Assembly (NCBI GenBank): GCA_902510815.1
Contig: CABXDI010000002.1
Span: 37,344-101,343 of the forward strand
Source: an uncultured Verrucomicrobiota bacterium
GTDB lineage: Bacteria > Verrucomicrobiota > Verrucomicrobiia > Verrucomicrobiales > DEV007
Direction: 5' to 3'
Length of the DNA stretch: 64,000 nucleotides
Positions 38,616 to 49,009 of this stretch are shown here, in pieces. Position 1 is the stretch's first letter. Every line of letters begins with the position of its first letter. The notes beneath the pieces were generated by a model. The model searched no databases and was not told the origin of the DNA. It saw nothing but the letters and a program-made list of their open reading frames with translations. The position numbers were made by a program, and so were the translations under genes.

Positions 38616-39800
38616 TTAATCGAGAATATCAGCAACTCGCCCTGCTCCAACGGTGCGGCCACCTTCACGTATAGCAAACCTGATGGTTTTCTCCATAGCG
38701 ATAGGAGTTATCAAATCAACTTCCATCGTAATATTGTCGCCAGGCATAACCATCTCAACACCATCAGGCAATTTAATGGTTCCAGTTACATCAGTTGTTC
38801 TAAAATAAAATTGTGGACGGTAATTACTGAAAAATGGAGTGTGTCTGCCACCCTCATCTTTACTCAAAACATATACCTCTGAGGTAAACTTCTGGTGCGG
38901 AGTAATACTTCCTGGTTTAGCAATAACTTGGCCACGCTCAATATCTTCTTTTTTGACACCTCTCAAAAGAATTCCAACGTTGTCACCAGCTTCTCCTCTA
39001 TCAAGTAACTTACGAAACATTTCAATATCTGTAACAGTGGTAGTCTGAGTGTCACGAATTCCAACAATTTCGACTTCCTCCATTTTGTTTACTACGCCTC
39101 TCTCAATACGGCCAGTAGCAACAGTACCACGCCCTTCAATTGAGAAAACATCCTCAATTGGCATCAAGAAATCCAGATCAACTGGACGTTCTGGCTTAGG
39201 AATGTATTCATCTACTGATGTCATAAGAGTCATGATGTTTTCTTGTTGCTCTGCGTCACCTTCGAGAGCTTTTAGAGCAGACCCTTTAGCAATAGGAATA
39301 TCATCTCCTGGGAATTCATATTGACTTAAAAGTTCACGGATTTCCATTTCAACCAAATCCAGCAGCTCTGCATCATCAACCTGATCAGTTTTATTAAGAA
39401 ATACAACGATAGCTGGAACTCCAACCTGACGAGCAAGAAGAATATGCTCTCTAGTTTGCGGCATTGGACCATCTGCCGCAGAACAAACTAAAATGGCACC
39501 GTCCATTTGAGCTGCTCCAGTGATCATATTTTTGACATAGTCAGCATGACCAGGGCAGTCAACGTGAGCATAGTGTCTATTCTCAGTTTCATATTCGACG
39601 TGAGCTGTTGAAATTGTGATGCCTCGCTCTTTCTCCTCAGGAGCCGCATCAATTTCATCGTAATTTTTCTTCTCAGCCAAACCTTTTTCTGCCAGCGTGT
39701 GACAGATAGCAGCGGTGAGCGTGGTCTTCCCATGGTCAACGTGACCGATTGTGCCTATGTTGACGTGGGGCTTGTTCCTTTCGAATGCTTCTTTGGCCAT
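38616..39800 (-). CDS. tuf: Elongation factor Tu
   Basis: [22 protein letters not shown] GTPase motifs, 394 aa. Confidence 0.99.
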   Translation of the reverse strand: MAKEAFERNKPHVNIGTIGHVDHGKTTLTAAICHTLAEKGLAEKKNYDEIDAAPEEKERGITISTAHVEYETENRHYAHVDCPGHADYVKNMITGAAQMDGAILVCSAADGPMPQTREHILLARQVGVPAIVVFLNKTDQVDDAELLDLVEMEIRELLSQYEFPGDDIPIAKGSALKALEGDAEQQENIMTLMTSVDEYIPKPERPVDLDFLMPIEDVFSIEGRGTVATGRIERGVVNKMEEVEIVGIRDTQTTTVTDIEMFRKLLDRGEAGDNVGILLRGVKKEDIERGQVIAKPGSITPHQKFTSEVYVLSKDEGGRHTPFFSNYRPQFYFRTTDVTGTIKLPDGVEMVMPGDNITMEVDLITPIAMEKTIRFAIREGGRTVGAGRVADILD

Positions 39801-39973
39801 GACTTTATTAGTGGTAAGTTCTGAATTTATTCAAAACTAGGGTCTATATTATTTGGTTCCTTACAAATTTAAGTGACAATGTCTTATTGGCTTAATTAAA
39901 TTTGTTTTGATTTATTATTTTTTGGGGTTTTCCCAGTTTACGGTGTTTATTATTTTAATTATCACTTTCTGCG

Positions 39974-40048
<75 letters not shown>

Positions 40049-40211
40049 GTGTCGGTTACTAATAATTTTATGAGTATTATTCTCGCTTTTTATTAGAAAA
40101 GAAACACTCACGCAGTCCACAGGAGTCGAAAAGCTTATACCTCAAAAATAAATAAATTAAGTTTATGATAGAGATAAAAAACCAGACCACCCCTGCGAAA
40201 AAGTGGAGCGA

Positions 40212-40239
40212 AATCTATCAAATTGCTCGTTACTGTCAA
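40212..40239 (-). promoter_or_regulatory. Possible sigma70-type promoter for tRNA-Thr/tuf
   Basis: Minus-sense TTGACA-16 nt-TAGATT. Motif match only, in AT-rich DNA. Confidence 0.25.
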
Positions 40240-40375
40240 AAAAATTTTGAGATTTTTGGACGTTTATTATAATTTATATCGTAACTCGTTGATTTTAAGA
40301 TGGTTAAATTAAAAAAAAATTATCTTTATTGATTTTCCACAATTTTTTTCATTTTCGCACGAAAAATAGGGGGGT

Positions 40376-41191
40376 TTATTCGTGATAACAGGCGATTCTT
40401 TCAATATCCAAAGCTTTACCTGAAGTAGGATCAATATCAATGAGCACACCTCTTATATCAACGCGACCCTTCGCAACTGGCATAGTCTGAGGCATTGAGG
40501 TCTTCATACGATGCAATATGGGTTCCACGCGCCGACCTAAAATAGATTCTTGAGGACCACACATTCCAGCATCACAGAGAAATGCTGTCCCTCCAGGAAA
40601 TATCTGTTCATCAGCTGTTTGAACATGTGTATGAGTACCCACTACGGCTGAAACTCTACCATCCAAATAACGCCCAGTTGCAATTTTTTCACTAGTAGCC
40701 TCTGCATGAAAGTCCAGAAATACCATTTTAACGTCCCAATCCTCTCTTATTTTATTTAGTTCGTTATCAATAGAAATTAAAGGGTTCTCTAAAGGGTTGC
40801 CCATAAAAGTTCTGCCTTGAGCATTCATAACGGCAACTGGACCTTTCTCTGTCTCAAGCACAATACTTCCATTTCCTGGAGTCCCCTCCGGGTAATTTAA
40901 CGGTCTCAATAACCTAGGTTCAGTGGGTAAGAATTCGACAATTTCTCTCTGATCCCATATATGATCTCCAGTGGTTATTACCGTAGCACCAGCCCTTAGA
41001 AGACCAATAGCTATTTTAGCTGTAATTCCTCTACCTCCTGCAGAATTCTCACCATTAACTACGACAAAGTTAACACCCCTCTCTTCACGCACTTGAGGAA
41101 TAAAAGATGCAACAGCTTTACGACCTGGTTCACCTACAACGTCACCCAAGAAGAGTAATCGTAGAGTACTAAGATGTGGGTGTTTATCCAA
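40376..41191 (-). CDS. ymdB: YmdB-like metallophosphoesterase (2',3'-cyclic-nucleotide phosphodiesterase family)
   Basis: LRLLFLGDVVGEPGR, VVVNGENSAGGRGIT, GTHTHVQTADE blocks. Confidence 0.88.
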   Translation of the reverse strand: MDKHPHLSTLRLLFLGDVVGEPGRKAVASFIPQVREERGVNFVVVNGENSAGGRGITAKIAIGLLRAGATVITTGDHIWDQREIVEFLPTEPRLLRPLNYPEGTPGNGSIVLETEKGPVAVMNAQGRTFMGNPLENPLISIDNELNKIREDWDVKMVFLDFHAEATSEKIATGRYLDGRVSAVVGTHTHVQTADEQIFPGGTAFLCDAGMCGPQESILGRRVEPILHRMKTSMPQTMPVAKGRVDIRGVLIDIDPTSGKALDIERIACYHE

Positions 41192-41277
41192 ATAATTAAT
41201 CCAGTTTTTTGTCGTATAGTTATAAGATCATACTTTAAAAGAATTTTAATCAAAGTTAAAATAATTTCTCATTAATA

Positions 41278-42597
41278 ATGTTATCAAAATTTTGGTTGAG
41301 GAAAGTTTCTAATCCTTATTTTTTTATAGTCCTATTTGGATTTCTAATTATCATATTTTTTTCTATCAACACCCGCAAGAAACTCTTCCACAATGAACAG
41401 GAAATCACCAAAGATCAACTAACATTACGCGAATCAATTAGCGTTTTAGCAGCTAATCCAAATTGGGATTTACTAAAAAATTATCATGATAAAATATCCA
41501 AAAAAGAATTTCTTGAAAAAATAAAGGCAGTTTACTCCGAGGGAGATGCTTGGCAAGCGGTCGCCAAAGTTGGTGAGAATTTCGTAGATATAAAGACTTC
41601 TAAAAATAATTTCATACGCATATATTTTTCAAGTGAAGACCTGCATTCAGCAGTGCCAAGATACTGGAGAAAAGCAAATGAAATGCCTAAGTTGCGTGAC
41701 CCAAAAAATCAACCTTTAGAAGATCTTATCATCGCAATTGATCCAGGTCATATTGGTGGGCGCTGGGCAAAAATGGAGGGCCGATGGTATCAAATAAATA
41801 ACTCAGGAATTGAAATTAAAGAAGGGGAACTAACTCTAAAAATTGCGAAAAGATTAAAAGAAAAATTAGAGCGATTGGGCAGCAAAGTCAATTTAGTGAG
41901 AAAAAGAAATGGTCCTGTTAATAAATTACATCCAGAAGATTTCGTAGGACTTGCAAAGAAAATTCTCAGGTCAAAAGGACTGCCTTTGAGTCAACAAAAT
42001 GTTAAACGAGAGTCAGAACTCATATTCTACAGAAAGCACGAAATCCGACGACGAGCATATTTAATTAATAAAAAAATTAAACCAGACATTACAATATGCA
42101 TACATTTTAATGCGGAATCATGGGGAAACCCGACTAGCCCCAGACTAACAGACAACAACCACCTTCATCTTTTAGTCAACGGAAATTATAGCCATCATGA
42201 ATTCAGATTAGAAGATAACCGTTATCATCTTTTTATGAGGCTTTTTCAAAATATTCACGGTGAAGAGTTCGAACTGAGTAAATCTATAGCAAAGTCTTTA
42301 GCCGAAGAAACAAGACTTCCACCTTACGTTTATAAAACTTCGAACGCTAAGCTTATTGATAAGAATGAACCTTATATATATGCAAGAAACCTCCTAGCGA
42401 ACCGCATTTACCATTGTCCAGTAATATTCCTAGAACCTTATGTAATGAACAGTAAACGTTTTTATCACAGGGCCAAACTAGGATCTTATAAAGGGCTAAA
42501 GATTGTTGATGGAATAGAGCGTAAAAATTTAACCGAGGAGTATACTGACGGCATAGCGAAAGGATTAATAAAATACTACGCAAAGATGAGAAAATAA
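41278..42597 (+). CDS. Membrane-anchored N-acetylmuramoyl-L-alanine amidase (Amidase_3-like)
   Basis: IAIDPGHIGG, LTLKIAKRLKEKLERLGSKVNLVR, PDITICIHFNA blocks. N-terminal TM. Confidence 0.6.
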   Translation: MLSKFWLRKVSNPYFFIVLFGFLIIIFFSINTRKKLFHNEQEITKDQLTLRESISVLAANPNWDLLKNYHDKISKKEFLEKIKAVYSEGDAWQAVAKVGENFVDIKTSKNNFIRIYFSSEDLHSAVPRYWRKANEMPKLRDPKNQPLEDLIIAIDPGHIGGRWAKMEGRWYQINNSGIEIKEGELTLKIAKRLKEKLERLGSKVNLVRKRNGPVNKLHPEDFVGLAKKILRSKGLPLSQQNVKRESELIFYRKHEIRRRAYLINKKIKPDITICIHFNAESWGNPTSPRLTDNNHLHLLVNGNYSHHEFRLEDNRYHLFMRLFQNIHGEEFELSKSIAKSLAEETRLPPYVYKTSNAKLIDKNEPYIYARNLLANRIYHCPVIFLEPYVMNSKRFYHRAKLGSYKGLKIVDGIERKNLTEEYTDGIAKGLIKYYAKMRK

Positions 42598-42639
42598 TTG
42601 ATTACCAGCATCTATCCTCAGATATAAATTCGATAAAAC

Positions 42640-44232
42640 ATGAATAAAAATTTCATTAGGCTATCTAGAGATAGGAATTTTTTAATAAAGTCATCAATTC
42701 TAGTAACTTTACTTTCGATAATGTTAGGGTTTGTAACTCAAAAGTTTGCTCCAGATAAATATGAATCAATAGAAAATGAACTTGCTAGCACACTTCCTTG
42801 GATGAATTCCATCCAATTAAAAAAATCCATAGAGAAGTTAGGTTATAATAAAATTAGTGGTATTCTTAATTTTAAAGAAGGTCCACTTTTCACGAAAAAT
42901 GAAATCAGTATCATTGCACGTAACGGCCATTTTAGAACATCTTGGATATTAGGTATTCCACAGAATACACTTTCGAATAATGAACAAAATCTATTTATAG
43001 ATTATATAAATTGTTATGAAAATAACAAATCGCCAGATCTCACATCAAAGTTAAAATCTTATACAGATGATGATAAACCAATACGTTTCTCTTCTGAATT
43101 TTATGCGGATATCTTATCGCTAAATGGAAATAACGAAGAGGCATTCCAATTCTACAAATTAGAGTTAAGAAACTATCCAGAATCGATCCACGCTAAAACC
43201 AAAATTATTATTAAGCTCATAGAAGATGGTGAGTATGAAGAAGCCAAGAAAAAATTTAGGGACCCTCACTTCCAAAAAAATATAAAATTTGAAACACTTA
43301 AACCGATTGCAGTAGATTTAGATCAATGGGTAAACCTGACACTGAAGAGCTTCACTCTAATAATTAGAAAATTATCAGCTCCATGGATTTTGGTAACAGT
43401 TTTTGCAGCCATGGTCTGGTTCACAATAATAGTCAACCTTGGTCAATTATCAGAAAAAATATTATCAAGAGCGGTTTTATATGGAGCAGCTTTCACTACT
43501 GGGTTTTTTTCAACATTCCTTGTACTTGGTATTGTTTACTGGCAAGAAAATGAATTGGGATTAAAGAGTAATGGAGAAATAATTAATGACATAATATACT
43601 GTATTTGTGGAATTGGGTTGAGGGAGGAATTGTGTAAGCTTTTGTTTTTTTCCCCATTCCTCGTCATCCTCAGAAAAAGAAAATGCGCAATGGAAGCATT
43701 AGCATGCGCAGCATGTATTGGGTTAGGTTTTGCCTGCTCGGAAAACATACTGTATTTCGGATCAGGACTTGAAAATGCAATATTTCCCAGATTCTTAACA
43801 GCAAATTTTCTCCATTCTTCATTAACTGGAATCGCTGGATTAAGTATGTTCTATCTAATATCAAACCCTCAAAAAAATTGGGAAAGTTTTCTTGGAACTT
43901 TTATTATCGTTGTGGTGGCTCATGGAGCCTATGATGCGCTAGTTGGAGTGGTGCCTGCACTAACGAGCAGCATTGGAATTATATCTATCGTTATATTTGC
44001 ACTAATCTCAAACGGATACCTCAATTACGCAAAAAAATTAAGACAAGGCAAACCCTCTAAAATCTCACCATTAGGAGTATTTGTAATTGGTTCTAGCCTA
44101 CTCATTGGAATGGCATGGAATTTATCGTGTTATTTATATCCCATGAAAGAAGTTTTAGCTTCAATAGGAGAAAGCACCCTTTCTTTAGGGACTTTAGCAT
44201 TTATATTTATAAATCAATTTCGCCATGAATAA
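42640..44232 (+). CDS. PrsW-family intramembrane metalloprotease with N-terminal TPR-like domain
   Basis: GLREELCKLLFF (EExxK), FACSENILY, FLHSSLTG, HGAYDAL motifs in a multi-TM C-terminal half. Confidence 0.75.
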   Translation: MNKNFIRLSRDRNFLIKSSILVTLLSIMLGFVTQKFAPDKYESIENELASTLPWMNSIQLKKSIEKLGYNKISGILNFKEGPLFTKNEISIIARNGHFRTSWILGIPQNTLSNNEQNLFIDYINCYENNKSPDLTSKLKSYTDDDKPIRFSSEFYADILSLNGNNEEAFQFYKLELRNYPESIHAKTKIIIKLIEDGEYEEAKKKFRDPHFQKNIKFETLKPIAVDLDQWVNLTLKSFTLIIRKLSAPWILVTVFAAMVWFTIIVNLGQLSEKILSRAVLYGAAFTTGFFSTFLVLGIVYWQENELGLKSNGEIINDIIYCICGIGLREELCKLLFFSPFLVILRKRKCAMEALACAACIGLGFACSENILYFGSGLENAIFPRFLTANFLHSSLTGIAGLSMFYLISNPQKNWESFLGTFIIVVVAHGAYDALVGVVPALTSSIGIISIVIFALISNGYLNYAKKLRQGKPSKISPLGVFVIGSSLLIGMAWNLSCYLYPMKEVLASIGESTLSLGTLAFIFINQFRHE

Positions 44233-44325
44233 TGAAAAAGATGATCTAATATAACATTTTTTTGCTCTTGTTATTTTGTGATATTTTATTTAAATCATAC
44301 AAAACCTAATAGGTTCCAATTAAGA

Positions 44326-44742
44326 ATGAATTGTTTAAAAATCTGCACCATTTTATATGTAATGAGCCTATGTTCATGTACAGGTATAAAATCCTTAAGC
44401 TTCACTAAACCCACCAAGAATGATACGAGCGCACCACTAATTGTTAAACCTCAAAAGAACCTTAACAAATCCTCATCAAAGCTGAAAAAAATCGAAACCA
44501 ACGATCTAAATCAGACTAAAGATTCTGAGAACAAAAAACAGCCCAAAGCTAAAGAGCCAGAGATTCAACCAAACGAAAATAAAGAGCCAGGGATTCAACC
44601 AAACGAAAATAAAGAGCCAGAGATTCAACCAAACGAAAATAAAGAGCCAAAGATTCAACCAAACGAAAATAAAGAGCCAAAAAAAAATTCAGGCCTAAAG
44701 CCTAAACTGCCTGAAAGAGAAGCAATAATTCCACCAAAATAA
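44326..44742 (+). CDS. Repeat-containing lipoprotein (KEPEIQPNEN decapeptide repeats)
   Basis: MNCLKICTILYVMSLCSC signal/lipobox, then a low-complexity K/E/P/N-rich region with 4.3 tandem decapeptides. The ORF opens at GTG 44278. Confidence 0.6.
   Translation: MNCLKICTILYVMSLCSCTGIKSLSFTKPTKNDTSAPLIVKPQKNLNKSSSKLKKIETNDLNQTKDSENKKQPKAKEPEIQPNENKEPGIQPNENKEPEIQPNENKEPKIQPNENKEPKKNSGLKPKLPEREAIIPPK
44551..44680 (+). repeat. 30-bp tandem repeat, 4 full copies plus a 10-nt partial, in frame
   Basis: aaagagccaGagattcaaccaaacgaaaat units at 44551, 44581, 44611 and 44641, differing at one or two positions. Confidence 0.95.
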
Positions 44743-44769
44743 TCAAATAAATTTATTGATTTTTCGGTA

Positions 44770-45807
44770 TTATTTCCAATTTTCTGTATACCTAATTTTG
44801 GCTTTTCGTCTTATGTAATTTATCAATGCTTTAATTGCTGCCTCTCTTTTTTCCGCCTCGATAGTTGCAACGATTTCCTCACGAACCATGTTAAGAGGCA
44901 CAACACTTTGTTCTTTTCGATCTAGCAAACGAATAATGTGCCAACCGATTTTTGTTTTAAAAGGTTCACTAATTTGACCTTTCTTCAATTGGTAAATTTT
45001 GTTGTAAAAAATCTTAGGAATTCGATTTTTCGTTAACCACCCCAAATCTCCAAAAGACTTCTTTGAATTAGGATCTTCAGAGTAATTTTTTACTAATTGA
45101 TTAAAGTCTTCACCATTAATTGCGAGCCGATAAACCTCATTTATCTTATTTTGTAGATCGCTATAATCTTTATCAAGAATTGTAAAAAAAATTTGCTGAA
45201 CCTTAAATCTATCAGGATTTAAAAAGGTCGCTCTATCTTTTTGATATCTTACATATATTTCCTCATCTGTAACCTCAATATATTTAGCAATTACTCTCTC
45301 AATCCATACTCTCTGCATCGATTGATTTTCAATAAATTCATCTAATCTTTGAACAGAGAAGCCTTGGGTTAGAGCCGCCCTCTCATATTCTTTTGAACTT
45401 TCAAAACCTTTTCTAAACTTAATTAAAGATTCATTAATTTGCTCATCATTTAACTTAGATGGAGTATGGTAGGAATGAAACCATATCAATTTATCAATTA
45501 TCAAATTATTTAAACAAAGAGCTCTAATCTCATCTATTCTTGATTTTGATATCTTGCTTTGATTGATTCCATTTTTTATACAATATTGATTAGTGCGCCG
45601 TTCTAATTCTAAATTGTATATTGGGTGAGCATTGGCGGTAGCAACTATACCTTCCCGAATTGCAAGTTCTGCAGGACTCAGCGATTCCTCTTTCTGAAAT
45701 TTCTCAAATGTTTTACTAATTGGGCCATTTAAGAAATGAAAATCCATGAGCACATAAACAATGCCAAAAAAATAAAACCAATGCCTTTTATGAAAACGGG
45801 GCACCAT
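44770..45807 (-). CDS. Peptidyl-prolyl cis-trans isomerase, SurA/PrsA-like (PpiC-type parvulin domain)
   Basis: N-terminal TM/signal, chaperone-like helical region, parvulin block DLGWLTK...GQISEPFKTKIGWHIIRL. Confidence 0.75.
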   Translation of the reverse strand: MVPRFHKRHWFYFFGIVYVLMDFHFLNGPISKTFEKFQKEESLSPAELAIREGIVATANAHPIYNLELERRTNQYCIKNGINQSKISKSRIDEIRALCLNNLIIDKLIWFHSYHTPSKLNDEQINESLIKFRKGFESSKEYERAALTQGFSVQRLDEFIENQSMQRVWIERVIAKYIEVTDEEIYVRYQKDRATFLNPDRFKVQQIFFTILDKDYSDLQNKINEVYRLAINGEDFNQLVKNYSEDPNSKKSFGDLGWLTKNRIPKIFYNKIYQLKKGQISEPFKTKIGWHIIRLLDRKEQSVVPLNMVREEIVATIEAEKREAAIKALINYIRRKAKIRYTENWK

Positions 45808-45877
45808 TTTTAAAATATCATTTCACTAATGCTTAATGAATAATAGAGAACAAAAAAAAATGCGATAATAAATCACA

Positions 45878-46609
45878 TTAATTGTCTTTCTTTGACCAAA
45901 TGCTGACTTGAGCAAGACTATACTGAAATTTTCGATAGTGCTCTAGTATAACAAAAGGCATATCTTTAACTTCAATAAGCGAAAGGTCTTTGGTAAGAGC
46001 ATCTTGCAACCATTCTATTGTTGAACTTTCTGGCCATTTTTCAGGCCGCGTAAATTCACCCAACCATGTGCATGGTGTTGTAATGACTAATCGTCCACCT
46101 TTATTCAATAAATCAGGCAATCTAAGCAATAATTTATCAGGATCCGGTAAGCGACAAATTAAGTTAGCTGCGTGAATAGCATCAAAAGTTCCAATGTCCT
46201 TTGGTAAATTTAATGCATCGCCCACTTCGAATTTAATACGCTCTGGAATTGAAGGCTCTGGCTTTTTAGCCAGAGCCTCAACGAAATCATTTCCCTCTTT
46301 ATGAATTTGATAACTAAGACCTGAATTAAGCCTTAAATACTCGGCACTCTCAATAAATAGCTTAGAATTATCTATAGCAATAACTTCATCACAGAAAACC
46401 GATAATTCAAACGCAGATCTACCTACTGAACAACCAAGGTCCAAGGCCCTGTGAAGTTTTACTGAACAATCAAAATTCTCATGAACAGTACGCACTGGAA
46501 AATCCAAATGAGAATTTTTGAATATACCAAAAGGGTTTATTTCAGAGCAACTACCATAATGAAAAAGTAGGTACTGATCTAAAAGGTTCTGTGTTTCGTA
46601 CAAGTTCAA
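45878..46609 (-). CDS. Class I SAM-dependent methyltransferase, OvoA C-terminal-domain type (putative 4-mercaptohistidine N1-methyltransferase family)
   Basis: YETQNLLDQYLLFHYG, DFPVR, ALDLGCSVGRSAFEL (SAM motif I), ITTPCTWLGEFT. Resemblance to the family is recalled by eye. Confidence 0.6.
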   Translation of the reverse strand: MNLYETQNLLDQYLLFHYGSCSEINPFGIFKNSHLDFPVRTVHENFDCSVKLHRALDLGCSVGRSAFELSVFCDEVIAIDNSKLFIESAEYLRLNSGLSYQIHKEGNDFVEALAKKPEPSIPERIKFEVGDALNLPKDIGTFDAIHAANLICRLPDPDKLLLRLPDLLNKGGRLVITTPCTWLGEFTRPEKWPESSTIEWLQDALTKDLSLIEVKDMPFVILEHYRKFQYSLAQVSIWSKKDN

Positions 46610-46632
46610 CCCAAATCCTAATCTTTACTTTT

Positions 46633-47826
46633 TTAAGAGTTCAATGCCTCAATGAGATAATGACTCGGTTTAAAATGCTCAATTAATATTTCAGATTGAC
46701 TACCTCTTTTCATGCGAACTTGGCTGATGTCAAAATTAGGCGTTTTGTGAGGCGCAAAAAGTATGTCATCGTGAGTAGAATTACGATGAGTTTTAAACAT
46801 ATCTGGTGTGATATCACCGCCGAGATGATCATCCCTACCAGTCGCCAAGTGACACGTCCCCAATACCTTTTCGTCCTGAATGTCAGCACCAGATACTGGA
46901 AGAACTTGAGTTCCAAAACCAAGCTCTCCTAAAGTACCAGTTACTGGATCATCAAGTAATCTTCGGTTGTGCTCATCAATCGTTGTTTGCCTTCCTTCAA
47001 TCAAAGTGCTTTTTTGGATATTTCGATCTTTAACGTCAAGCAATCCTAATGTTCCATCATGATATTTCATTGGAAATTGGCCAATAGCATCAATAGGCAC
47101 AAAATAAACTTCACCCGCTGGCAAATTAGCTATATCTGGTTTATTACCTCTGCAAAGCCCATGAGACTTCTGCGCATCTTGACCACCAAGCATTAATTTA
47201 GCAGTCAAAACTTGACCATTATCGATAGTAAAATCAATTTCAATTTCGTCTGCACCAGTCATAGCAAGTCTTAGCTTTTCGGCATCAGAAGATACCTGAT
47301 CATAATCGACAGCTAAACCCGTACTTAATATAATATCATTGACTCCATGCATAGTTGCCCCTCTAAAACCATATTCCTTGCATTTAGAAGTTAATGGAGC
47401 TGTGGCACTCCAATCCGAAATACATAAAATTATGTCATATTTAGTATAAATATCCTGATCCAAGGATAAAACATTACCTTTAGCGTCAAAGCACTCATCT
47501 TCCATATCTAGGTTAGACCCTCCTGTCGAATGATAGGCAAACATTTCTCCTCCACTCGTGCCTAGTTCATTATTTACGTATTCTCTAAGCGGAGTAAAAA
47601 ATTCATGGTAGGCTTTATACTGCACTGGATATTTTATTTCATTTTCCAAAAAATGATAATTAGACATTTCTTTCTTCGGATCATCAAAATCAGTAAGTAT
47701 GCAAATACTGGATCCAGCGATAGGATCGAATACACTATTTAAAAGTCTACTAAGGCTAAAATCTGGAAATATTCTCTCTTCAGGTGAAAGAATAATATTA
47801 GATGGCAAAGATTTAAGGGTACTCAT
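46633..47826 (-). CDS. M29 (aminopeptidase T/S)-like protein
   Basis: NLPAGEVYFVP, GELGFGTQ, DEKVLGTCHLATG, HDDILF blocks resemble M29 family motifs. Confidence 0.55.
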   Translation of the reverse strand: MSTLKSLPSNIILSPEERIFPDFSLSRLLNSVFDPIAGSSICILTDFDDPKKEMSNYHFLENEIKYPVQYKAYHEFFTPLREYVNNELGTSGGEMFAYHSTGGSNLDMEDECFDAKGNVLSLDQDIYTKYDIILCISDWSATAPLTSKCKEYGFRGATMHGVNDIILSTGLAVDYDQVSSDAEKLRLAMTGADEIEIDFTIDNGQVLTAKLMLGGQDAQKSHGLCRGNKPDIANLPAGEVYFVPIDAIGQFPMKYHDGTLGLLDVKDRNIQKSTLIEGRQTTIDEHNRRLLDDPVTGTLGELGFGTQVLPVSGADIQDEKVLGTCHLATGRDDHLGGDITPDMFKTHRNSTHDDILFAPHKTPNFDISQVRMKRGSQSEILIEHFKPSHYLIEALNS

Positions 47827-47905
47827 TGTATTTTCTTCAGGGATCAGTCATAAGTCTGATATTGATGTGATGCAACTTTTCGAAAATGAAACACTTTGAT
47901 TAAAA

Positions 47906-48613
47906 ATGGAAAAAGTTATCAACCAAATCAATACGGCTAAAACAGTTGTTATCTCAGGATGTACAAGTGGTTTAGGAAAAGAAATGTCCATTTCTTTTGC
48001 AAATCGCGGATGGCAAGTAGCGGGCCTAGGAAAAACAAAGTCAAAAGTCGAAAAAATGGCCGAAACAATGGGTGAAAGCCATCAAATATTGCAATGTGAT
48101 GTTTCTTGTGATGATTCTGTAAAAACGGCATCGAGTCTCATAATCAAAAGGTTTGGGGCACCTAATATATTAATTAACAACGCTGCAGTAATGAACACTC
48201 CTAAACCTTTATGGAAAATAGCAGCAAATGAATTTAACCATTTGACTGAAGTTAATATTAATGGAGTTGCTAATATGATACGCCACTTCGTTCCTAATAT
48301 GATAAAAGAAAGGAAAGGTTTAATTGTTAATTTAAGCTCAGGATGGGGCCGATCCACATCACCCGAAGTGGCTCCTTATTGTGCCACAAAATGGGCAGTT
48401 GAAGGCCTAAGTAGCGCAATGGCTCAAGAACTTCCCAAAAATGTCTCCTGCGTTGCATTGAATCCGGGCGTAATTAATACAGAAATGCTTCAAAAATGTT
48501 GGGGAAATGCCGCGGAAGATTACCAAAAACCTAAAGATTGGGCCAAACTTGCTGTTCCATTTATCGAGAAATTATCAAGTAAAGACAATGGTAAACAGAT
48601 AACTGCGCCCTAA
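47906..48613 (+). CDS. Short-chain dehydrogenase/reductase (SDR)
   Basis: VVISGCTSGLGKEM (TGxxxGxG-like), NNAAV, YCATKWAVEG (YxxxK). Confidence 0.88.
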   Translation: MEKVINQINTAKTVVISGCTSGLGKEMSISFANRGWQVAGLGKTKSKVEKMAETMGESHQILQCDVSCDDSVKTASSLIIKRFGAPNILINNAAVMNTPKPLWKIAANEFNHLTEVNINGVANMIRHFVPNMIKERKGLIVNLSSGWGRSTSPEVAPYCATKWAVEGLSSAMAQELPKNVSCVALNPGVINTEMLQKCWGNAAEDYQKPKDWAKLAVPFIEKLSSKDNGKQITAP

Positions 48614-48621
48614 ATATATAA

Positions 48622-48849
48622 TTAACGATCTTCCTCGTTGACCACGCAATGAAGAAGAGCTTCTCTCAATTGTTTTCTACCAAACATTGAAGCTGGAGAT
48701 TTACCTCGAGTCCTTTCAGTGAATTTTATATTCTTTAACCTCCTCGGTGACCTACCCTCTCTCAGAATTTCTGAAATATCTCTCATTTCATCAGGATTAT
48801 TAGTTTTCTTTTTTAAACTTGGCCAAGGAATACGACTTAGGAATGACAT
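48622..48849 (-). CDS. Hypothetical small basic protein
   Basis: 75-aa ORF filling an otherwise empty gap. No family recognised. Confidence 0.3.
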   Translation of the reverse strand: MSFLSRIPWPSLKKKTNNPDEMRDISEILREGRSPRRLKNIKFTERTRGKSPASMFGRKQLREALLHCVVNEEDR

Positions 48850-49009
48850 AATATAAACTTAAAAATAACTTATAATTGATTATCAATAAATCTTAACTAA
48901 TTGCAAGATTAATATCAATTAATGTAAGTAAACCGATTTGATAGATTGCTTTTACCAATACGAAACCGAATGTATGAAGTTAAAAAATTGAACGCAGATA
49001 AATCTTAAT

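Noticed and set aside
40049-40375. Additional tRNAs (Tyr/Gly) expected upstream of tRNA-Thr-tuf, or a small gene in the 327-nt gap
   Set aside because: No T-arm (GGTTCGAAT-like) or acceptor pairing could be found on either strand. No ORF with a credible start was seen.
44551-44680. Possible CRISPR-like array from regularly spaced 30-bp repeats
   Set aside because: The repeats are directly tandem with no spacers and sit in frame inside a lipoprotein ORF. This is a coding minisatellite.
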